From NCBI GenBank assembly GCA_033763435.1, contig JANRKN010000165.1:1-10600 (forward strand): a stretch of DNA of 10,600 nucleotides, in the 5' to 3' direction. Under the pieces are notes generated by a model. The model made no database searches. It worked only from the letters and a program-made list of their open reading frames with translations, and was not told the origin of the DNA. Shown one piece after another: positions 1-6,420 of the stretch; positions within the stretch are counted from its first letter, which is position 1, and each line of letters opens with the position of its first letter. This DNA comes from Planctomycetota bacterium (GTDB lineage: Bacteria > Planctomycetota > Phycisphaerae > Phycisphaerales > UBA1924). The position numbers were made by a program, and so were the translations under genes.

Positions 1-165
1 GGGTGAGGCGAGGGTGAAACGGGTGGATCGCGCGTGGGGTGCCACCGGTCCGACGAGGCGCAGCCTCGGCGAGACTGGTGCCGAACTCGGCCCGCGTTCA
101 TCGGGCACCACTCTTCGCTTCGCTCCGAGTGGTGGCACCCAAGGCGGGGCCGCCACTGGCTCGGC

Positions 166-194
166 GGGTGGGGTGCGGGTGGGGTGGGGTGGGG
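166..194 (+). other. G-quadruplex-type motif, six consecutive GGG/GGGG runs separated by 1-3 nt (gggtggggtgcgggtggggtggggtgggg), about 70 nt upstream of the first CDS
   Basis: Direct reading of sequence. G-runs at 166-168, 170-173, 177-179, 181-184, 186-189, 191-194 on the + (coding-sense) strand. Followed at 203-218 by a 6-bp stem / GAAA tetraloop hairpin (ctgcggGAAAccgcag). Confidence 0.5.
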
Positions 195-266
195 CTTCTG
201 CTCTGCGGGAAACCGCAGGGCGGGAGATTGGGTTGCGGAGATCGGGAAAGAAACACAGGAGGTGGG

Positions 267-866
267 ATGATGTTTGCGACGGATCGGGACGTGCTGGCGC
301 TTTCGCCGCGGGTGTTCAATGAGTGCGCGTGGGCGGGTCAGCGGCGCGTGTCGGGCACGGGGACGATCACCGGCGCGGCGCTGACGATGACGGCGTCGGA
401 CGTGACGCTCGAAGCGGCGGGCGTGGACGCGGGGCACGTCGCGCTGATCGACGATGTGCCGCACGAACTGCTCGCGCGCACGGGGCCGAGCGCGATCGGC
501 ATCAGCCGCGTGCGTTCGAGGCCCGAGGACGCGCCGATCCCGCCCGCGCCGGGCACGGGGAGGCAGGTGCGCATCGTGACGTTCGCGCCGCAGCTCGCGG
601 CGGCGCACGCGCGGATCCTCACCGCGGCGGGGCTGGAATCCTCGGACGAATCGCGCATCGTCAACGGGAGCGAACTGGCGATGCTCGAGGCGGTGTGGGC
701 GTTGTCGGCGATCTGGGCCGGGGCGCGCGGCATCGGCGACACGAGCGCGACCGAACGCGCCGCGTGGTTCCATCGCGAGGTCGGCGTGCTGCGCTCGCGC
801 ATGCGCGTGAGGCTCGACACGGGCGAAGAGCGCACGCTCACGGGCCTGCGCCTGGTGCGGGAGTGA
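267..866 (+). CDS. hypothetical protein, 199 aa (the ORF-track 39..866 ORF trimmed to the ATG after the RBS)
   Basis: AGGAGG at 257-262 followed 4 nt later by ATGATG (267-272). The region upstream of 267 in this frame is G-rich leader (G4 motif, hairpins) with R/G/P-rich translation. Strong G/C third-position bias within 267-866. Stop TGA at 864-866. No recognisable domain. N-terminus MMFATDRDVLAL is loosely reminiscent of Mu gp36-like (DUF1320) phage proteins, but this is weak. Confidence 0.6.
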   Translation: MMFATDRDVLALSPRVFNECAWAGQRRVSGTGTITGAALTMTASDVTLEAAGVDAGHVALIDDVPHELLARTGPSAIGISRVRSRPEDAPIPPAPGTGRQVRIVTFAPQLAAAHARILTAAGLESSDESRIVNGSELAMLEAVWALSAIWAGARGIGDTSATERAAWFHREVGVLRSRMRVRLDTGEERTLTGLRLVRE

Positions 867-873
867 GAACTCG

Positions 874-966
874 GGTGGCACGGCTTGAGTGGGCTTGGGC
901 GCTCAAGCCGTGGAGGCGCACACAACGCACGGCTTGGCCCGAGCGCCAAGCCGTGGCACCCAAGAG
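874..966 (+). repeat. Two tandem REP-like palindromic hairpins (11-bp stems): B1 879-912 (cacggcttgag / 12-nt loop / ctcaagccgtg) and B2 928-955 (cacggcttggc / ccgagc / gccaagccgtg), followed by the motif GTGGCACCCAAG (953-964)
   Basis: Perfect 11-bp inverted repeats read directly from sequence. B2 is the exact reverse complement of the hairpin at 6134-6161. Sits in the 123-bp gap between two same-strand CDSs. Confidence 0.7.
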
Positions 967-989
967 ACAGCTTCATCGACGAGGGAACC

Positions 990-1379
990 ATGCTCATTCT
1001 CGATCCGTTGGATGTTTCATTCGGCGCGCGGTCGTGGCGCGATGTGCGGTCGCTGGCGGTGAGTGTCGAGGCCGCGCGCGTCGCGGAATCGTGGTCGGAC
1101 CTTGGGCCCTGGTGCGTGTTCGCCGACGTGCCCGAGCGGCGCGTGCGCGTGCAGATCGTGCGGAGTTTCGAGGGCTCTGAGCTGGCCGCGCCCGCCGTGG
1201 GCGATGAGGCGCTGCTGACGTTCACCGTCTCCGAGGGCGGGAGCGAGAGCGCGCGGCAGGTGGTCGCGCGGTGCGTCGTGACGGCCGTGCGCCACGAGAT
1301 CGCGCAGGGCAAGGCGGTGCAGCGGCTCGACCTGCTCGCGCTCTCCGAGACCGGCGGCGCGACGCCGATCGAGATGTAA
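990..1379 (+). CDS. hypothetical protein, 129 aa (ORF 885..1379 trimmed to the internal ATG)
   Basis: GAGGGA at 981-986, then ATG at 990. The region upstream of 990 in frame is occupied by the REP-like hairpins, so the longer ORF is implausible. High GC3. Stop TAA 1377-1379. No recognisable motif. Confidence 0.55.
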   Translation: MLILDPLDVSFGARSWRDVRSLAVSVEAARVAESWSDLGPWCVFADVPERRVRVQIVRSFEGSELAAPAVGDEALLTFTVSEGGSESARQVVARCVVTAVRHEIAQGKAVQRLDLLALSETGGATPIEM

Positions 1380-1409
1380 CCTCAGGCCCGCACACAGAAG
1401 GATCAACCC

Positions 1410-1790
1410 ATGAGCAGTTATAAGGGGCAGGACATCTTCGGCTCGGGCCCGCACCGGTTCAGCGCGTCGCCGCGGGGGCAGCTGCTGATCAGCGCGCTGA
1501 GCCAGAACCAGTTCGATCCGAGCAGCATCCCGCTGGGGCTGCTGGAAGAAGAGGTGCGCGTGCGCGGGCGGCTGGTGGGCACGAGCCAGGCGCAGCTCCG
1601 CCAGCGGATCGACGCGGTGAACGCGCTGCTGGAGAACCCGCCGACGCCGGGCACGCTGATCGACGAGCACGGCAAGCAGTACGCGGGCATGAGCTTCGTG
1701 CGCTTTGAAGAAGAGGACCGCACCGACCGCGGGCGCGTGTGCAGCGTGGCGTACGAGGCGGTGTTCCGGCGGTTGATCGTGATGCAGTAA
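1410..1790 (+). CDS. hypothetical protein, 126 aa
   Basis: GAAGGA at 1397-1402, 7 nt spacer, ATG 1410. High GC3. Stop TAA 1788-1790. Begins 30 nt after the previous CDS, so probably co-transcribed with it. No recognisable motif. Confidence 0.6.
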   Translation: MSSYKGQDIFGSGPHRFSASPRGQLLISALSQNQFDPSSIPLGLLEEEVRVRGRLVGTSQAQLRQRIDAVNALLENPPTPGTLIDEHGKQYAGMSFVRFEEEDRTDRGRVCSVAYEAVFRRLIVMQ

Positions 1791-1825
1791 AGCAGGCCAG
1801 TGGGCAGTGTGAACGGCCTCTCGTC

Positions 1826-1945
1826 GGGTGCCCCGAGTCGAGGGATCGAGCCCGTGGGCGAGATCCTGAGCCTCGGGCCGTTGGGCCCGACGCGCGCGAT
1901 GACGCTGCGCGCCATCACGCGGGTCGGGGCACCCTCACGCGCGCC
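1826..1945. repeat. Composite intergenic repeat element, copy 1: conserved core gggtgccccgagtcgagggatcgagcc...gcgagatcctgagcctcgggccg...cccgacgcgcg; a 20-bp imperfect inverted repeat (1886-1905 / 1909-1928, 17 of 20 pair); and a degenerate ggggcaccc unit (1926-1945)
   Basis: Nucleotide-level similarity to 6184-6312 seen by direct alignment. Reading frames differ between the two copies, so conservation is at DNA level, not protein level. Confidence 0.65.
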
Positions 1946-2005
1946 GATGCTTGACTGTTCTCCCCACGGGCTCTTCCCCACGAGCGTTCTTCTCAGGAGC
2001 TTCTC

Positions 2006-2302
2006 ATGGACCTGACTCTCGCGACGGAACTGGGCACGCAGATGGGCACGGCCGCGCTGCTCGGGTGGATGTGGATGAGCGAGCGGCGCGCCTCGGCCCG
2101 GCGTGAGCGGCTGCTCGAAGAGGCCCACGCGCGTGTGCTCGAGCAGTGCGCCAGCGCGCGCGAGGTCGCCCGCGCGCTCGATGCGACGGCGGTCGCGGTC
2201 GATCGCAACGCGCGCGCCGTCGATCGGCTGGACCGCGGCGTGGGTGCGCTGCTCGCGCGCATGCTCGGCGGACGCGACCAGCGCGCCGAGGCCGCGGATT
2301 GA
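2006..2302 (+). CDS. hypothetical small protein, 98 aa; short hydrophobic N-terminal segment (TAALLGWMWM) followed by an Arg/Ala/Glu-rich predicted helical, coiled-coil-like region
   Basis: AGGAG at 1995-1999, 6 nt spacer, ATG 2006. GC3 bias. Stop TGA 2300-2302 lies 19 nt before the next CDS, suggesting translational coupling. Possible -35-like TTGACT at 1951-1956. Confidence 0.5.
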   Translation: MDLTLATELGTQMGTAALLGWMWMSERRASARRERLLEEAHARVLEQCASAREVARALDATAVAVDRNARAVDRLDRGVGALLARMLGGRDQRAEAAD

Positions 2303-2321
2303 GCCCGTGTATGATCCACCG

Positions 2322-2990
2322 ATGCCCGCGCGATCGGCTCCCATCCTTGGTTTGGCCCCGGCGTCGGCCTCGTTGTTGGCCTCGGTGTTGGCTGCGGCGT
2401 TGGCGCTCTCGGGCTGCGGCTGGATGACCGGCTCGCGCCAGACGGCCGGTGAACGCTCGCCCGCGGCGGGCGAAACGCGCCTCACGCCCGGCCCCGCGCT
2501 CAACCCCTTCGCGCCCGCGTCGGTGCGGCTCTACCCGCTCACGCACGCGCAGCCGATGGGCCCCGGCGGGCGGCCCGTGCTCGTGGTGCACGTCGAGGTG
2601 AAGGACGCGTGGGGCGATTCGATCAAGTCCGCGGGCGAGATGGTCGTGCGCGTCGCGCCGCTCTCGGGCTGGAGCGGTCTGACGCGCGACGCCGCCGCCA
2701 AGGACGCGGGCAAGGACGCGGGCCGGGGCCCGGGAAGCGCGCGTGAAGAACCCTCGCGCTGGCGGATCGACATGACCGAGGCGGAGCTGAACAGCGCGTG
2801 GTTCGACCCCGCGACGCGCACGTATCAGGTGCGGCTGAGCAACCTGCCCGCGTGGATGGAAGAGGGCATCCGCCAGGGCGCGGGCAAGGACGGCAGCGAC
2901 CGCACGCTGCGCATCACCGCCGAGTTCACCGCGCTCAATGCCGAGGGACAGGTCAAGACGTTTTATGACGAGCTCGACCTGCGGCTGTGA
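2322..2990 (+). CDS. putative lipoprotein, 222 aa (ORF 2103..2990 trimmed to the in-frame ATG that begins a lipoprotein signal peptide)
   Basis: Translation from 2322 is MPARSAPILGLAPASASLLASVLAAALALSGC: a charged n-region, a long hydrophobic h-region and an L-S-G-C lipobox. The in-frame extension 2103-2321 translates to an R/S-rich non-protein-like sequence and overlaps the upstream CDS. The mature protein has no recognisable domain. Confidence 0.6.
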   Translation: MPARSAPILGLAPASASLLASVLAAALALSGCGWMTGSRQTAGERSPAAGETRLTPGPALNPFAPASVRLYPLTHAQPMGPGGRPVLVVHVEVKDAWGDSIKSAGEMVVRVAPLSGWSGLTRDAAAKDAGKDAGRGPGSAREEPSRWRIDMTEAELNSAWFDPATRTYQVRLSNLPAWMEEGIRQGAGKDGSDRTLRITAEFTALNAEGQVKTFYDELDLRL

Positions 2991-3004
2991 GCGGCTGAGG
3001 TTTT

Positions 3005-3034
3005 CGTGATGGGGCTGTACGTGATGGGCCTGTG
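3005..3034 (+). promoter_or_regulatory. 15-bp tandem direct repeat (cgtgatggggctgta / cgtgatgggcctgtg), 80-110 bp upstream of the 3116 CDS; candidate regulator-binding site
   Basis: Direct reading of the sequence; 13 of 15 positions identical between the two units. A regulatory role is inference only. Confidence 0.25.
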
Positions 3035-3115
3035 TGACCCCCTACGGCAGCCGAACGAAACCGCTCTTCCGCATCAGGCTGGATTCCACCCCGTCCCTCG
3101 GCGACAATCACCGCG

Positions 3116-4576
3116 ATGCCCACGCGCGACCAACGTTGTCTGACTGTGCCGACACGCGCGAAGGCGCGCGCCGCGGGGCTGGGCGTCAGCGCGCTCGTGC
3201 TGGCCGCGGGGCTCGCGCTCGCGCAGCCCGATTCCTCCCCATCCCCGACCCCACCCCCGACTCCCACTCCGACGCCAACGCCCGAGCCAACGCCCGAGCC
3301 GACACGGGAACCAGAATCTGCGCCCGAGGCGGAGGACGCGATCGAGGACATCGAAGAGACGATCGTGACGTTCCTCGACGGGCGCAAGGTGACGGGCGTG
3401 CTGATGATGATCGAGCGCGAGGCGCTGACGCTGCGGATCGGTCCGATCGAGCAGCGGTTTGCGACGCGTGAGATCGACCGGTGGGAGACGTTGCCGCCGA
3501 TCAGCGTGCGCTATCGCGAGATGCGCGCGTCGATCCCCGACCGGGACACCGACGCGCGGCTGGTGCTCGCGCAGTGGCTGGCCGACAAGAAGCGGTACGA
3601 CCTGGCGCTGAAGGAAGTGGAATCGATCCTCGTCTCCGAGCCCGGCCATCCGCAGGCCGAGCAGATGAAGCTGCAGTACGAGAAGCTCCAGGAGCTGGCG
3701 CGCAAGGGCACGTCGCGGACGGTGCCGGGCGAGCCCGTGCGCAAGCGCGCGCCCGAGGCGCCCGCGCGGAGTTTCCCGGTGCTGAGCGAGGAGCAGATCA
3801 ATCTGATCAAGGTGTACGAGGTGGACCTGCGCGACCCGCCGCGGATGATCATCCCGCGCGAGCTGATCGACGAGCTGATCGCGCGCTTCAAGGACCACCC
3901 CGCGATGCCGCGGACGCAGGAGGGGCGCGACGATCTGTACCGTCAGCGGCCCGATCAGATCGTGGACCTGCTCTTCCGCGTGCGTGCGCGCGAGCTGTAC
4001 GGGAAGGTCAAGGTCCAGGACCATCCGCCCGCGTTCAAGCTCTTCCGCGACCTGGTGCACTCCTCGTGGCTGATGAACTCGTGCGCGACCACGCGCTGCC
4101 ACGGCGGAGAGCAGGCCGGGCGACTCATGCTCACCGCGCGCAGGCCCAACTCCGACTTTGCGGTCTACACGAACTTCCTGATCCTCGACCGCTTCCGGAT
4201 GCGCGACGGCACGCCGCTGCTGAACTGGGATTCGCCCGCGCAGTCCGCGCTGCTGCAGCTGGGCCTGCCTCGCAACATCTCGCGCGTGCCGCACCCGGAC
4301 GTCACCGGCCCGCGGGGCCAGCGCGGGTGGGAGCCGGTCTTCGCGACCGAGCAGGACCAGCGCTTCCAGGACGCGCTGCGCTGGATGAACGCGATGTACC
4401 GCCCCCGCCCCGAGTACCCGATCGACTACGCGCTGCCGACGCCCGGCACGGCCTCAGGTGCCGCCGCGCCCTCGAGCCCTGCACCTTCGAGCCCTGCACC
4501 CTCGGCGCCGAGCACGGGCAACGCGGGCAGCCCCGCGCCCGCGGGGGGCAATCAGCCGGGCAACCCGCCGCGGTGA
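3116..4576 (+). CDS. secreted protein, 486 aa: signal peptide, acidic Pro/Thr-rich linker (PTPTPTPTPEPTPEPT), central domain, a planctomycete-cytochrome-like segment with the non-canonical motif C-x4-C-H (CATTRCH), and a Pro/Ser/Ala-rich C-terminal tail
   Basis: Signal peptide RAKARAAGLGVSALVLAAGLALAQP. The segment FKLFRDLVHSSWLMNSCATTRCHGGEQAGRLMLTA resembles the C..CHG...LRLD region of planctomycete cytochrome-c-like domains (PSCyt-type) from memory, but carries CX4CH instead of CXXCH (coding nt 4082-4102). The start could alternatively be the in-frame GTG at 3146 (MPTR / VPTR). There is no clear SD. Confidence 0.7.
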   Translation: MPTRDQRCLTVPTRAKARAAGLGVSALVLAAGLALAQPDSSPSPTPPPTPTPTPTPEPTPEPTREPESAPEAEDAIEDIEETIVTFLDGRKVTGVLMMIEREALTLRIGPIEQRFATREIDRWETLPPISVRYREMRASIPDRDTDARLVLAQWLADKKRYDLALKEVESILVSEPGHPQAEQMKLQYEKLQELARKGTSRTVPGEPVRKRAPEAPARSFPVLSEEQINLIKVYEVDLRDPPRMIIPRELIDELIARFKDHPAMPRTQEGRDDLYRQRPDQIVDLLFRVRARELYGKVKVQDHPPAFKLFRDLVHSSWLMNSCATTRCHGGEQAGRLMLTARRPNSDFAVYTNFLILDRFRMRDGTPLLNWDSPAQSALLQLGLPRNISRVPHPDVTGPRGQRGWEPVFATEQDQRFQDALRWMNAMYRPRPEYPIDYALPTPGTASGAAAPSSPAPSSPAPSAPSTGNAGSPAPAGGNQPGNPPR

Positions 4577-4710
4577 TGAACGCGCGCCAGTACGCGTGGG
4601 CGCCCGATTCTCGGACTCGCGCGCCGCGGGTGGACCGCCTCGGGCGTTCCGTGTTGCTCGCGGGCCGCGCCAACCCGGCAAAGCCCCTCCAATCCGTTGA
4701 TTGTGCTGGG

Positions 4711-4738
4711 TTTCAGGGCCGCCGTAGACCGTTATGAT
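4711..4738 (+). promoter_or_regulatory. candidate sigma70-like promoter for the 4803 CDS (-10 TATGAT at 4733-4738; weak -35, either GTTTCA or TTCAGG, at 4710-4716)
   Basis: Good -10 hexamer about 65 nt upstream of the start, but the -35 is poor. A better TTGATT hexamer (4697-4702) is 30 nt away, which is the wrong spacing. Speculative. Confidence 0.2.
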
Positions 4739-4802
4739 GGGCTCTTCCACCGTGCGGTTGCGACGCGAGCGATCTGGCGCTGGATCGGAGAAGGAGCCCG
4801 CG

Positions 4803-5951
4803 ATGACGTTCACGTCCCTGATTCGCCTGATCGCGATCGCCTCGATCGCGGGCATCGGCGCGAGCGCCTCGGCGCAGATCACGATCCCCACCGTGCCCGT
4901 CGGCGACCCCGGCAACAACTGGGATTCGAACAACGGCCGCGGCTCGGTCTGGTACACGTACAACATCGGCACGTTCGAGGTGACCGCGGGTCAGTACGCC
5001 GCGTTCCTCAACGCCGTCGCACGCTCGGACCCCAACAACCTCTACACCCCCGATCAGGCCCGAACCGACTACGGCAGCGGCATCGCGCGCACCGGCACCC
5101 CCGGCAGCTACACGTACACCGTCGCCCCCGCGTTCGTGAACCGGCCCGTGAACTACGTCTCGTTCTGGGATGCGTGCCGCTTTGTCAACTGGCTGCACAA
5201 CGGCCAGCCGACCGGCGCGCAGAACGCCAGCACCACCGAGGACGGCGCGTACACGCTGACCGCCGCGGGCATCAGCGCCAACACCATCACCCGCAACGAG
5301 GGCTGGCGGTGGGCCGTGACCAGCGACGACGAGTGGTACAAGGCCGCGTTCTACAAGGGCGGGGGCACCAGCGCGGGCTATTGGTTCTTCCCCACCCGCA
5401 GCAACACGCCCCCGACCAACGACCTGAACGATCTCTCGGGCAACAGCGCCAACTACCGATGGGGCCCGGGCGCGTTTCCGATCCAGAGCCCGTACTTCAC
5501 GACGGTCGTGGGCCAGTTCGCCAACTCGCCCAGCCCGCACGGCACGTTCGACATGGCCGGGAACGTGTGGGAGTGGACCGAGCGCATCACCAGCCGAGAC
5601 CGCGTCCTCCGGGGCGGGTCGTTCATGAGCGAACTCCTGGCCGTACCCAACTACCCCGTCGCGTCCTACGGCGCACTCTTCCACTACGCCCCGCAGGCCG
5701 AGTACTTCGCCTGGGGCTTTCGTGTCGTTCAGAAGCCGCCCTGCGCCGCCGACTTCGACGGCTCGGCCTTCGTCGACGCCGACGACTTCGTCTTCTTCCT
5801 CGAACAGTTCACGCTCGGGTGCACAGGCCCCGGCCAGGACGTGTTCGGGCCCAATCCCAGCTGCGTGAAGAACGCCGACTTCGACGGCACCAGCTTCATC
5901 GATGCCGACGACTTCGTCGCGTTCCTCGCGGCGTTCCAGGCGGGTTGCTGA
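4803..5951 (+). CDS. formylglycine-generating-enzyme (FGE/SUMF1) family domain protein, 382 aa, with an N-terminal signal peptide and two C-terminal Cys-flanked dockerin-like / EF-hand-like Ca-binding repeats (ORF 4734..5951 trimmed)
   Basis: GGAGAAGGAG at 4787-4796, then ATG 4803 giving MTFTSLIRLIAIASIAGIGASASAQ (signal peptide). FGE-sulfatase hallmarks are present: PVNYVSFWDACRFVNW, DEWYKAAF, GNVWEWTERI and RVLRGGSF. The C-terminal repeats are CAADFDGSAFVDADDFVFFLEQF...GC and CVKNADFDGTSFIDADDFVAFLAAF..GC (DNA direct repeat 5748-5810 / 5874-5936). Confidence 0.85.
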   Translation: MTFTSLIRLIAIASIAGIGASASAQITIPTVPVGDPGNNWDSNNGRGSVWYTYNIGTFEVTAGQYAAFLNAVARSDPNNLYTPDQARTDYGSGIARTGTPGSYTYTVAPAFVNRPVNYVSFWDACRFVNWLHNGQPTGAQNASTTEDGAYTLTAAGISANTITRNEGWRWAVTSDDEWYKAAFYKGGGTSAGYWFFPTRSNTPPTNDLNDLSGNSANYRWGPGAFPIQSPYFTTVVGQFANSPSPHGTFDMAGNVWEWTERITSRDRVLRGGSFMSELLAVPNYPVASYGALFHYAPQAEYFAWGFRVVQKPPCAADFDGSAFVDADDFVFFLEQFTLGCTGPGQDVFGPNPSCVKNADFDGTSFIDADDFVAFLAAFQAGC

Positions 5952-6133
5952 GCGGGAAGGCCGGGTGGGCTGGGTGGCATCCAAGGCCGGGGCACCCGAT
6001 CACCTTCTCCGCCTTTCGAGCCCCGAAGGGGCGCACGGGCTGTAGCCACGGGTGAAGTGAGCGAGTCTTCGAGCGAGCGCAACCCGTGGAAGGTCGCGCC
6101 CTCTCGCTCTCGAAGTCGTCCTTAGCTGGGTGG

Positions 6134-6161
6134 CACGGCTTGGCGCTCGGGCCAAGCCGTG
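6134..6161. repeat. REP-like hairpin B3 (cacggcttggc / gctcgg / gccaagccgtg), the inverted-orientation copy of the 928-955 hairpin; shares the flank gggtggcacggcttg with the 874-890 copy
   Basis: Exact reverse-complement identity with 928-955, read directly from sequence. Confidence 0.7.
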
Positions 6162-6183
6162 GTGAAGCGTCCGCGCGCGCGGG

Positions 6184-6312
6184 GGGTGCCCCGAGTCGAG
6201 GGATCGAAGCCGCCCCGTTGGGTGGGGGGCGGCGAGATCCTGAGCCTCGGGCCGAAGGACGCCTCACGCCCGACGCGCGTCGCCCATCAGAGCCTGGGCT
6301 CCGCGAGTCGGG
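6184..6312. repeat. Composite intergenic repeat element, copy 2: the same conserved core as 1826-1928, with a roughly 20-nt insertion (gccgccccgttgggtggggggcggc, itself hairpin-forming), ending in a cccgacgcgcg...ccgcgagtcggg hairpin
   Basis: Direct alignment with copy 1. Identical blocks are ggtgccccgagtcgagggatcga, gcgagatcctgagcctcgggccg and cccgacgcgcg. Translated frames of the two copies differ, so it is not a conserved peptide. Confidence 0.65.
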
Positions 6313-6420
6313 GCACCCGATGCAGCATCACGCCGGGGCACCCGATGCAGCGTCAAGCCGTGGCACCCGATGCAGCGTCAGGCCGGGGCACCCGATGCAG
6401 CGTCACGCCGGGGCACCCGC
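6310..6420. repeat. Tandem array of 4.4 copies of a 25-bp unit (ggggcacccgatgcagcgtcacgcc; units at 6310, 6335, 6360, 6385, partial 6410-6420), contiguous with composite element copy 2
   Basis: Units read directly; 1-3 substitutions per unit. No intervening unique spacers, so not CRISPR. Truncated versions of the unit occur at 1926-1945 and 5987-6013. Confidence 0.75.

Noticed and set aside
39-266. N-terminal 76-aa extension of the first CDS (ORF-track 39..866)
   Set aside because: The extension translates G-rich leader DNA (G4 motif, hairpins) into an R/G/P-rich peptide. A strong AGGAGG sits immediately before the ATG at 267.
2006-2990. Spanin or lysis-cassette interpretation of the coiled-coil protein plus lipoprotein pair
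   Set aside because: The N-terminal hydrophobic stretch of the 98-aa protein is too short and too polar for a confident TM helix. The lipoprotein (222 aa) is much larger than typical o-spanins. No holin or endolysin is present. Kept only as a remark.
4577-4610. Rho-independent terminator after the 3116..4576 CDS
   Set aside because: GC-rich dyad symmetry around an acgcgt core is present, but the stem is imperfect and there is no T-tract. Not supportable as an intrinsic terminator.
338-5984. Long antisense or overlapping ORFs (338..1312 -, 1017..1670 -, 1418..2503 -, 2004..2591 -, 3074..4294 -, 3481..4737 +, 4697..6055 +, 4713..5984 -, 6811..8385 +, 7163..8155 -, 8441..10597 -)
   Set aside because: These are typical spurious ORFs of a 70% GC genome: Arg/Ala/Pro/Gly-rich low-complexity translations, no RBS, and they overlap genes that have coherent GC3 bias and recognisable protein features.
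6310-6420. CRISPR array (regular 25-bp repeats)
   Set aside because: The units are directly contiguous with no unique spacers between them, and no cas genes are nearby. It is a simple tandem repeat.
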